Source: an uncultured Flavobacteriales bacterium (lineage in GTDB: Bacteria > Bacteroidota > Bacteroidia > Flavobacteriales > Schleiferiaceae). From it: DNA of 64,000 bases. Location: the NCBI GenBank assembly GCA_905478295.1, contig CAJQHZ010000059.1, forward strand, positions 182-64,181. Direction: 5' to 3'. Below, piece after piece: positions 56,854 through 64,000 of this stretch (its first letter is position 1; the number at the start of each line of letters is the position of its first letter). Under the pieces are notes generated by a model. The model did no database searches and was not told where the DNA came from. It worked only from the letters and a program-made list of their open reading frames with translations. A program made the position numbers and the translations under genes.

Positions 56854-57623
56854 TTCCGCTATTCTCTAAAGTGTACGGCGAAGGAGCACCACTGATCATT
56901 CTTCACGGATTGTTTGGTATGGGGGATAATTGGGCGACTCACGCAAAACACTGGGCTGGATTAGACTGGGAAGTACATGCCGTAGACCAACGCAACCACG
57001 GTAAGTCGCCACATCATGGCGTACATAATTACGATGCAATGGCCGCTGACCTGGAAGCCTATATGGACGAGAAAGGATTGAATACAGCGGTCATCTTGGG
57101 CCACAGCATGGGCGGAAAAACAGCCATGCACTTTGCTGTCAGTCGTCCGGAACGCGTTCAGGCATTAGTCGTTGTAGATATTGCTCCAAAGGCGTACCCC
57201 ATTCACCATCAGGGCTACATTAATGCAATGAAATCCGTTGATTTTGATGCCGTTCAATCGCGCGGCGCAGTAGATGAAATTCTTGCGAAAAGCGTTGACA
57301 ATGCAGGCATTCGCCAATTCTTTATGAAGAGCTTACATTGGCAGTCCAAAGAAAAATTAGCATTCCGATTCAATCTCAATACCCTAGAAGACCAGCTACA
57401 AGAAGTGGGTACACCTTTAGGATTCGGCTATTTTGATCGTCCTACTTTATTTATCGCCGGCGGCGCAAGCGGCTACATTAATGGGGAAGACGAAGATGTC
57501 ATTTTAGTCCATTTCCCTGCGGCACACATCGAGACCATTGCTAATGCAGGACACTGGGTACATGCAGAAGCTCGAGAACCATTTTCAGAATTGGTAGTTG
57601 ACTTCCTGGAAGATCTAGTCTAG
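56844..57623 (+). CDS. Alpha/beta-fold hydrolase
   Basis: 259 aa. HGLFG oxyanion region, nucleophile elbow GHSMGG, and C-terminal GHWVH. Confidence 0.8.
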   Translation: MEVVPLFSKVYGEGAPLIILHGLFGMGDNWATHAKHWAGLDWEVHAVDQRNHGKSPHHGVHNYDAMAADLEAYMDEKGLNTAVILGHSMGGKTAMHFAVSRPERVQALVVVDIAPKAYPIHHQGYINAMKSVDFDAVQSRGAVDEILAKSVDNAGIRQFFMKSLHWQSKEKLAFRFNLNTLEDQLQEVGTPLGFGYFDRPTLFIAGGASGYINGEDEDVILVHFPAAHIETIANAGHWVHAEAREPFSELVVDFLEDLV

Positions 57624-58034
57624 AACGTCTTTGAGTTGAAAATGCAAGTAATGCGCAGGACCTTGACGTTTTACGAGCGCATCGGCTACATCGGGCTTAC
57701 CTAAGAATACCCAAGCTTTATTACTAAAATCGTAACGCTCGAGCGGTTGCGTAAATAGTCCACGGTCCAATTTATCGTTGCGATTGGCATCTTCATACAC
57801 CTGTACCATAAAACGTTCGGGCAGTTGTACATCGACATGTAACGTATCATTGGGTGACCGCAAGTCTTCAAAGCCCACTGCCAGCCGTTTGTCATTGGCA
57901 TCTCGTATTTCATATGCAATACGAGTAGGATACTGTTCAGCCTCGGCACAAGTGAAATATAGACCCGGTTTTTCCTGGGCAGCTAATGTGCTTGCCCAAC
58001 AGGCGAAAATCAAAAGGAATTTTTTAGTCTTCAT
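57615..58034 (-). CDS. DUF2141-like secreted protein
   Basis: Start taken at MKTKKFLLIFACWASTLAAQ (58034; the ORF opens at 58253 but that part overlaps the upstream gene). ...YEDANRNDKLDRGLFTQPLERYDFSN... fits the DUF2141 pattern. Confidence 0.65.
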   Translation of the reverse strand: MKTKKFLLIFACWASTLAAQEKPGLYFTCAEAEQYPTRIAYEIRDANDKRLAVGFEDLRSPNDTLHVDVQLPERFMVQVYEDANRNDKLDRGLFTQPLERYDFSNKAWVFLGKPDVADALVKRQGPAHYLHFQLKDVLD

Positions 58035-58413
58035 AATCGCTCTCCACCCCTTTTTTAGCCAAAAGTGCGCCGTTTGCTTTGAGCGAATCCAGTACCTCTT
58101 CATAAATCGGTATGAATACTGTTGGGTTGTCGCTGTAAAAGGCAAAACTTGATTTGAATTGATCCTCAGTGACCCCATGCTTTTCATAGACCTTCGCATA
58201 GTAATCTTCGATACCGTTTGTATCGCCAAGCATGATAGAACCGTTTCGGGCACCTTCTATTACATGAATATCTACCAAGATCGGCATCATCTGTTCTTGC
58301 GTCAACATATGCTCAGGAATCTTTACCGCAGGAGAAGAACACCCTATGGAAAGGATGAATAGTACGCTTACTGCATAGTTCCCGAGTCGCATCATCTGTC
58401 TAGTCTCTATCAA
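58024..58413 (-). CDS. DUF4296-like lipoprotein
   Basis: 129 aa. Lipobox ILSIGCSS, and ...QMMPILVDIHVIEG... with ...F..SF.FY..NP..F..IY..V...L typical of DUF4296, which follows dihydroorotase in Flavobacteriia. Confidence 0.6.
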   Translation of the reverse strand: MIETRQMMRLGNYAVSVLFILSIGCSSPAVKIPEHMLTQEQMMPILVDIHVIEGARNGSIMLGDTNGIEDYYAKVYEKHGVTEDQFKSSFAFYSDNPTVFIPIYEEVLDSLKANGALLAKKGVESDYED

Positions 58414-59743
58414 ATACTAAACGTGCGCCCAGGACACTATCGTCTGTTTTGCCTTCTTTGAACGCAAGGTGCCCGCCTACAAAAGTGTGCGTCACTCTAG
58501 ATTTAAACAAAGTTCCTTCAAACGGGGACCATCCACATTTGTATAAAACATTCTGCTTATTCACATTCCAAGGCTGGTTGGGCTCAACCAAAACTAAATC
58601 TGCATGGTATCCTTCGCGCAAAAAACCCCGCTCCTCCATTCTGAACAAAATTGCTGGGTTGTGACACATTTTTTCTACCATTTTTTCAATCGTAAAGGTT
58701 CCGTCGTGCACGCGTTCCATCATTGCCGGCAGTGCATGCTGAACTAAAGGACCGCCAGAAGGGGCGTTCAAATAGCTGTTTGCCTTCTCTTCAAGGGTAT
58801 GTGGTGCATGATCTGTGGCGATTACATCTAAACGATCGTCCAATACTGCTTTCCACAGCGCATCTCTATCCTCCGCAGTCTTTACTGCTGGATTCCATTT
58901 GATGTGGCTGCCTTTTTTCTCGTATTGACTATCATCAAACCATAAATGGTGCACACAAACTTCCGAGGTGATCCGCTTCTCCTCTAAAGGCTTACGGTTG
59001 GAAAACAGCTTCGTTTCTTTTCCGGTGCTGATGTGAAAAACGTGAAGTCGACTGTTGTATTTCTTAGCCAAATCCACGGCCGTAGATGAACTTAAATAAC
59101 AGGCCTGCTCACTTCGAATCATAGGATGTTGTGCCATGGGAATATTTGCACCAAACTCCGCTTTTGCACGCTCTAAGTTTGCTTTAATAGTCGCTTCGTC
59201 CTCACAATGTGTTATGAGCTGATGGTCTAATTGAAAAATACCCTCTAAGGTTTTCTGTTCGTCAACCAACATATTACCGGTAGAAGAACCCATGAAGATT
59301 TTTATACCGGCCACATCGCGCTTACTTACCTTCTTCAACTCTTCGAGGTTGTCGTTTGACGCACCCATATTAAAGCTGTAATTAGCCAACGATACCTCTG
59401 CCGCTCGTGCATACTTTTTCTCCAACTCCTCTATCGTGAGGGCTGCCGGTTTAGTATTGGGCTGCTCCATATACGAGGTAACCCCTCCAGCAACTGCAGC
59501 GCGTGATTCAGAATAAATATCCCCTTTGTGCGTGAGACCAGGCTCTCTAAAGTGCACCTGGTCGTCGATAATTCCTGGCAAGAGGAATTTACCGTTAGCA
59601 TCGATTATAGTTACATTCCCATTTTTCAGGCCTATGGAAACGTCTATTTTTGAGATTCTGCCGTTTTCTACAAGTAAGTCCCCTTCAATGACCTTACCCT
59701 CATTGACTATGCGGGCATTTTTAATGAGATACGATTTCAACAT
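58400..59743 (-). CDS. pyrC: Dihydroorotase-like amidohydrolase
   Basis: 447 aa. ...PGIIDDQVHFREPG..., ...AAVAGGVTSYMEQPNT.P..., ...HCED..., ...HISTGKE..., ...ATDHAPH... Confidence 0.85.
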   Translation of the reverse strand: MLKSYLIKNARIVNEGKVIEGDLLVENGRISKIDVSIGLKNGNVTIIDANGKFLLPGIIDDQVHFREPGLTHKGDIYSESRAAVAGGVTSYMEQPNTKPAALTIEELEKKYARAAEVSLANYSFNMGASNDNLEELKKVSKRDVAGIKIFMGSSTGNMLVDEQKTLEGIFQLDHQLITHCEDEATIKANLERAKAEFGANIPMAQHPMIRSEQACYLSSSTAVDLAKKYNSRLHVFHISTGKETKLFSNRKPLEEKRITSEVCVHHLWFDDSQYEKKGSHIKWNPAVKTAEDRDALWKAVLDDRLDVIATDHAPHTLEEKANSYLNAPSGGPLVQHALPAMMERVHDGTFTIEKMVEKMCHNPAILFRMEERGFLREGYHADLVLVEPNQPWNVNKQNVLYKCGWSPFEGTLFKSRVTHTFVGGHLAFKEGKTDDSVLGARLVFDRD

Positions 59744-59761
59744 TTTATGAGTAGCGATTTT

Positions 59762-60484
59762 TTAGGGCTTGGTAAACCAACTCCAAATTTTCAGTTTTAT
59801 GACACCAAAAATGGCTTCTTTGATAATTCCGCTTGACATTTTACTTGTGCCTTCCGTACGATCGGTGAAAATAACTGCAACTTCCTGTACAACCAGTCCT
59901 TTACGCCAAGCCGTAAATTTCATTTCAATCTGGAATGCGTAACCAACAAAATGGATTTTTGAAAAATCAATCGCAGCTAAAGTTTCACGCTTGTAGCATT
60001 TAAAACCGGCGGTGGCATCCTGAATGGGCATTCCGGTGATGAAACGAACGTAAACAGAGGCGAAATAGCTCAACAATACTCTACTCATGGGCCAATTCAC
60101 CACATTTACGCCTTGAACATAACGTGAACCAATACTTACATCAGCGCCACTTTCGCATGCCTCAAGCAATCTTGGCAAATCCTCCGGGTTGTGGGAGAAA
60201 TCACAGTCCATCTCGAAGACATAGGCATATTCACGAGCCAAAGCCCACTTAAAACCGTGGATATAAGCCGTTCCTAAACCAAGCTTACCCGTACGTTCTT
60301 CTAAATGAATACGTCCCCCATGAGCTTGCATTGATCTACGCACCACATCCGCTGTTCCGTCCGGTGAGCCGTCATCAACGATCAATACCTCATAACCCCC
60401 TGGCAAAGCCATAACGGTGTTGAGCATCTTTTCGATGTTTTCAATCTCGTTGTATGTGGGTATAATGACTAATGCGCGTGACAT
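59762..60484 (-). CDS. GT2 polyprenol-phosphate mannosyl/glycosyltransferase (DPM1-like)
   Basis: 240 aa. VIIPTYNE, VDDGSPDGT, and MDCDFSH (D.D motif). Confidence 0.85.
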   Translation of the reverse strand: MSRALVIIPTYNEIENIEKMLNTVMALPGGYEVLIVDDGSPDGTADVVRRSMQAHGGRIHLEERTGKLGLGTAYIHGFKWALAREYAYVFEMDCDFSHNPEDLPRLLEACESGADVSIGSRYVQGVNVVNWPMSRVLLSYFASVYVRFITGMPIQDATAGFKCYKRETLAAIDFSKIHFVGYAFQIEMKFTAWRKGLVVQEVAVIFTDRTEGTSKMSSGIIKEAIFGVIKLKIWSWFTKP

Positions 60485-60488
60485 GCAG

Positions 60489-60496
60489 CAAATGTA
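60489..60496 (-). promoter_or_regulatory. Bacteroidota -7 promoter box (TAnnTTTG), 4 nt before the GT2 start codon
   Basis: Exact TACATTTG on the minus strand, then ctgc, then ATG at 60484. Confidence 0.35.
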
Positions 60497-60521
60497 GGAA
60501 AGAAAGCGCTAGTTTAGTGGT

Positions 60522-61673
60522 ATGAACTGGGATGTGTATACACGAAAAATTCACTGGAAGATTGCGCTCATCGCGTTCGGCACGGTCATTGGCCTTGCTT
60601 CTTTATTTTACACAGAATCTTTCTTAAAAGAATTGCGTGCAGAGGAGGAACTAAAAATTAAACGCTGGGCTGAAGCCGTAGAGGCAGTTTTCTTCGCTGA
60701 AGATGACGCAAATCTTAGCTTCTTTACGCAAATCATACAAGACAACACGACCATTCCTGTCATTCTAACAGATAGCGAGGGTACCATTATTGCGCACCGT
60801 AATCTCAAAACTCCGGAAAGCAATCCTGAAAAATACCTTGCCCGAAAATTAGAAGAATTCAAATCGAGCGGTAGTGTTTTGGAGAATTCATACGCAGATG
60901 GTCAAATCAACTTCCTCTATTATAAGGGATCCAACCTACTCACAAAATTGCGCCTTTATCCGTTAATATTATTGGGTGTAATTGGCGTATATATGCTCAT
61001 TAGCTATATGGCCTTTTCAAATGCACGACGCTCTGAACAAAACAAGGTATGGACCGGCATGGCGAAAGAAACTGCGCACCAGATCGGTACTCCATTGAGT
61101 GCATTGATGGGCTGGTTGGCCTACCTTAAAGAGCAATATCCTCAGGAAATCGCCTTCGGGGAAATGGAAAAGGACATTGACCGATTAACGGACATTACGG
61201 ACCGCTTCAGCAAAATAGGATCACAACCCGAGCGGACAGATAAAAACCTGGACGACACCGTGGCACGAACGGTAGAATACTTGCGGAGTCGATTGGGTAA
61301 AAAAATAACGCTGTCCTTAGAAATGGAGGGCGCAAACGCATCGAATCATAACCAACAATTGATCAGTTGGGTCCTGGAAAACATGATTAAAAATTCTGCG
61401 GATGCAATGGACGGTACGGGGGTTATCGATGTCGAAAAGAAAATACAGTCAGGCCGTGCCGTAGTAAGAATTAGAGATACTGGTCGAGGCATTACTCCTG
61501 CCGACCAACGCAAAATTTTCGAACCGGGTTTTACAAGTAAAAATCGTGGTTGGGGGTTAGGACTGAGTCTAGCCAAACGAATTGTCGAGGAATACCACGG
61601 TGGAAAACTAACACTTGAGCAGAGTATCCCTGGAGAAGGAACAACGTTTAAAATTTCGCTTCCGCTGGCTTAA
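60522..61673 (+). CDS. Membrane sensor histidine kinase (no adjacent response regulator)
   Basis: 383 aa with two TM helices. H-box ETAHQIGTPLSAL, N-box NMIKNSADAM, and G-boxes DTGRGI and GWGLGLSLAK. Confidence 0.85.
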   Translation: MNWDVYTRKIHWKIALIAFGTVIGLASLFYTESFLKELRAEEELKIKRWAEAVEAVFFAEDDANLSFFTQIIQDNTTIPVILTDSEGTIIAHRNLKTPESNPEKYLARKLEEFKSSGSVLENSYADGQINFLYYKGSNLLTKLRLYPLILLGVIGVYMLISYMAFSNARRSEQNKVWTGMAKETAHQIGTPLSALMGWLAYLKEQYPQEIAFGEMEKDIDRLTDITDRFSKIGSQPERTDKNLDDTVARTVEYLRSRLGKKITLSLEMEGANASNHNQQLISWVLENMIKNSADAMDGTGVIDVEKKIQSGRAVVRIRDTGRGITPADQRKIFEPGFTSKNRGWGLGLSLAKRIVEEYHGGKLTLEQSIPGEGTTFKISLPLA

Positions 61674-62812
61674 TGAACGAAACCACACTCTATTTACACA
61701 TCCCCTATTGCAAACAGGCCTGTCATTATTGTGACTTCCATTTTTCAACGCACCGCTCGACTGAATCTGCGGTTCTTGAAGCAATGCATGCGGAAATGGC
61801 AATGCGGTCGCTGCAAATGCCCTGGAATGGAGCTGCCATAAATAGTCTCTACTTTGGAGGTGGTACGCCCAGTTTTTTGGCGGTTACCGATCTTTCTCGC
61901 CTCATTGATGAAGCACGGTCGTTGTTTTCTTTTTCGCCTTCTATTGAAATTACCCTTGAAGCCAATCCGGATGATATCACACCCGAAAAATTAGAAGCTT
62001 GGCACAGTATAGGAATAACGCGATTAAGTATAGGTCTGCAGAGTTTTAATAACCTTGAACTTCAATCCATGAACAGAGCACACGATGCATCGCATTCCGT
62101 GCAATGCTTGGAATGGATCGCTGATGGTCCTATTCAAAATTACAGCGTGGACTTTATGTACGGAATGCCGGGGAGTACTGTGGAAAGCTGGAAGCGACAA
62201 TTGGACCAATTGGCCACCTACCTTCCACCACACCTCAGCTGCTACGCGCTCACTGTTGAAGAGAAAACTGTACTCTACCACGATGTGCGCTCAGGAAAAA
62301 CCACCTTGCCTTCGGACGAGGTTATTGTAGCCCAATTTGAGGCCTTACGCGCATGGGCATCGCCGCAGGGTTATACCCATTATGAACTCTCAAATTTCGC
62401 TCAACCCGATAAATACAGCCGACACAACAGCCATTATTGGAGTGGCCAATCGTATCTAGGCATTGGTCCCGGGGCACACTCCTTCGACGGGGAAAAGCGT
62501 TGGTGGAATATTTCAAACAACACCTTATACGCTCAAGGGGCGAAAGTGCCCAGTGAGCGGCTCACTCTAATAGATCTACTCAATGAGCGGCTCATGGTTC
62601 GACTGAGAACCGCTAAGGGATTTCTTTGGGAAGGTGATGTACCCGTCGGTCTAGACCATTCGCTACTAAAGAGGGTAAAGCGGAACGTTCAAACAGCCGA
62701 GGCCAAAGGGTTAGTAACATGCACGGACAAAGGGTTCGCTATACCTCCTGATCGATGGATGCAAAGCGATGCCATTATATCCGAACTGTTTTTGAGTCCT
62801 AAGGAGAGCTAA
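61673..62812 (+). CDS. hemW: Radical SAM family heme chaperone HemW
   Basis: 379 aa. LYLHIPYCKQACHYCDF (C...C..C), GGGTPS, and an HemN_C-like C-terminus. Its ATG overlaps the kinase stop by 1 nt. Confidence 0.9.
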   Translation: MNETTLYLHIPYCKQACHYCDFHFSTHRSTESAVLEAMHAEMAMRSLQMPWNGAAINSLYFGGGTPSFLAVTDLSRLIDEARSLFSFSPSIEITLEANPDDITPEKLEAWHSIGITRLSIGLQSFNNLELQSMNRAHDASHSVQCLEWIADGPIQNYSVDFMYGMPGSTVESWKRQLDQLATYLPPHLSCYALTVEEKTVLYHDVRSGKTTLPSDEVIVAQFEALRAWASPQGYTHYELSNFAQPDKYSRHNSHYWSGQSYLGIGPGAHSFDGEKRWWNISNNTLYAQGAKVPSERLTLIDLLNERLMVRLRTAKGFLWEGDVPVGLDHSLLKRVKRNVQTAEAKGLVTCTDKGFAIPPDRWMQSDAIISELFLSPKES

Positions 62813-62894
62813 AACCCTTATCCACCGAAAAGAGCGTATCTTGGAAATAAAACTAAATCCCTACGACGCTTAGCATTTAGCGTTTACGTGCAGT

Positions 62895-63614
62895 ATGAAA
62901 TTGACTATTGATTTTTCCAAACCCATCGCCGATTTAAGCCTAGCTGTAAGTGATGTCGCACGAGCGTGGTATATCGATGCACCTGAATTTTCGCCGGTGG
63001 TATTGGGGGAATGGACGGGTAGCATTGCTCAAGGTGGAAGTGTGAATTTTTTCAATGTACAGTTCAATCCGCATGCCCACGGAACTCATACCGAAACCGC
63101 CGGACACATCACTGAAAAACGCCACAGTATCAACACACATTTTCGCGATGTTATGACGAAATCGCTCGTTCTTACACTACTGCCTCAAGAAGGTCGAGTT
63201 CGGTTTGAGGACTTTCATGCGGTTTGGACTCAAGCCCAGGCTAAGGGCTGGACCTTCGCAACAAAATCCGTGGTATTCAGAACGAATACAGGTAATCATC
63301 CTGGGACGAAAAAGTTTAGTGGGACCGACTGGCCTTTTCTCGAAGCTGCCATTGGAACTTTCCTCCGAGAGCAAGGGATCGATCATTTAATCATTGATCA
63401 ACCCAGTGTAGACCAGGAAGAAGACGGTGGAGCACTTGCCTGTCATCATGCCTTCTGGGGACCGCAGCCTGAGAAATCTCTTCACCGTACCATTACAGAA
63501 CTGGCCCATGTGCCAATGTCAGTAGCCGACGGTCCATATGCTTTATTGCTTCAGGTCGCGCCAATAGAAAATGACGCTGCACCTTCTCGCCCACTGCTTT
63601 ATAGTTTAGGCTAG
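62895..63614 (+). CDS. Cyclase-family protein (arylformamidase-like)
   Basis: 239 aa. HAHGTHTETAGH resembles the H.GTH.D.P.H cyclase motif, and ...IDHLIIDQPSVD... is also present. Confidence 0.7.
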   Translation: MKLTIDFSKPIADLSLAVSDVARAWYIDAPEFSPVVLGEWTGSIAQGGSVNFFNVQFNPHAHGTHTETAGHITEKRHSINTHFRDVMTKSLVLTLLPQEGRVRFEDFHAVWTQAQAKGWTFATKSVVFRTNTGNHPGTKKFSGTDWPFLEAAIGTFLREQGIDHLIIDQPSVDQEEDGGALACHHAFWGPQPEKSLHRTITELAHVPMSVADGPYALLLQVAPIENDAAPSRPLLYSLG

Positions 63615-64000
63615 GCCTTCTTCACTTTTCTATTCCGTGCATCTACAGCCGCTAATGTGGCCATGTTTACAATCTCACGCACCGATGCGCCCAATTGTAG
63701 TACATGGGCGCTGTGCTTTGTGCCGATCAACATAGGACCAATGGCCTCTGCTGCACCGAAGCTCTGTAGCATTTTGTAAGTAATATTTCCTGCTGCGAGA
63801 TTCGGGAAAATAAATACATTCGCTCGGTGCCCTACGAGATCAGAAAAAGGGAAACTTTCTTGAAGTAATTCTGGCTCTAACGCAAAGTTCGCCTGCATTT
63901 CACCATCAACAATCAAATCCGGGTGCTCTTTCCGCAAGATTGCGCTAGCCTTTGCCATTTTATGAGCATCTGGTCCGTTTGAAGAACCAAAATTAGAATA
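63611..64000 (-). CDS. C-terminal phosphate-acetyltransferase-like domain (probably the 3' end of an NADP-malic enzyme MaeB-type gene); gene continues beyond the window end
   Basis: The frame stays open upstream of the track's ATG (63958) to base 64000 (YSNFGSSNGPDAHKMAKA...). ...DGEMQANFAL..., NVFIFPNLAAGNITYKMLQ and ...GPMLIG...H.L are PTA-domain motifs. Confidence 0.75.
   Translation of the reverse strand, partial: YSNFGSSNGPDAHKMAKASAILRKEHPDLIVDGEMQANFALEPELLQESFPFSDLVGHRANVFIFPNLAAGNITYKMLQSFGAAEAIGPMLIGTKHSAHVLQLGASVREIVNMATLAAVDARNRKVKKA

Noticed and set aside
57615-58253. Long N-terminal extensions in the ORF track (57615..58253, 33790..34677, 46214..48232, 55405..56124, 23351..24793, 41550..42410)
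   Set aside because: In each case an internal ATG gives a canonical signal peptide, lipobox or family-typical N-terminus and removes an overlap with a neighbouring gene. I used the shorter starts, which remain unverified.
58400-59743. Dihydroorotase motif reads DDQVHFREPG, where many dihydroorotases have D.HVH.REPG (first His replaced by Gln)
   Set aside because: The other amidohydrolase landmarks look intact (HCED, HISTGKE, ATDHAPH). I believe this variant is common to Bacteroidota PyrC-type enzymes. Without an alignment I cannot call it a degenerate active site.

Overview
This 64-kb window looks like core chromosome from a Bacteroidota genome, most similar in gene order to Flavobacteriia. 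Genes are densely packed and there are many 1-4 nt overlaps. I recognised about 60 protein genes, two tRNA genes on the minus strand (Val-GAC and Arg-CCG) and about ten clear Rho-independent terminators. Seven exact TAnnTTTG boxes, the Bacteroidota -7 promoter motif, sit just upstream of gene starts.

The content is mostly housekeeping:
- prs-rplY-pth
- groES-groEL
- a tightly coupled miaB / sigma-54 activator / lptE-like / TPR-like / secG operon
- topA, metG and murI
- the conserved bamA block: two ompH/skp genes, bamA, uppS, a DUF6089-like gene, nadK and a CBS-domain gene, with pdxJ divergent
- pyrC-like, hemW and others

The lineage-specific part is type IX secretion and gliding:
- A porP-gldK-gldL-gldM-gldN core operon lies at 22374-27895.
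- At the left end are two divergent repeat-adhesin genes. One runs off the window and is absent from the supplied ORF track.
- The other encodes 2139 aa, ends in a type B T9SS sorting domain, and is translationally coupled to its own PorP/SprF paralog.

I saw no transposase, integrase, CRISPR array, restriction or toxin-antitoxin genes, and no recognisable defence system. I cannot point to a convincing new multi-gene system. The observations most worth a second look are individually modest:
- an arginase/formiminoglutamase-fold protein with three of six metal ligands replaced, next to the T9SS operon
- a 102-aa minimal MotA/ExbB-like protein beside an OmpA-like lipoprotein
- a small Cys/His-rich secreted-peptide gene with ATA in place of ATG and an in-frame TAA
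- a tRNA-Arg with an apparent A19:U56 covariation
- a sigma-54 activator with no sensor domain

All calls come from reading the translations and sequence by eye. No database search was run.
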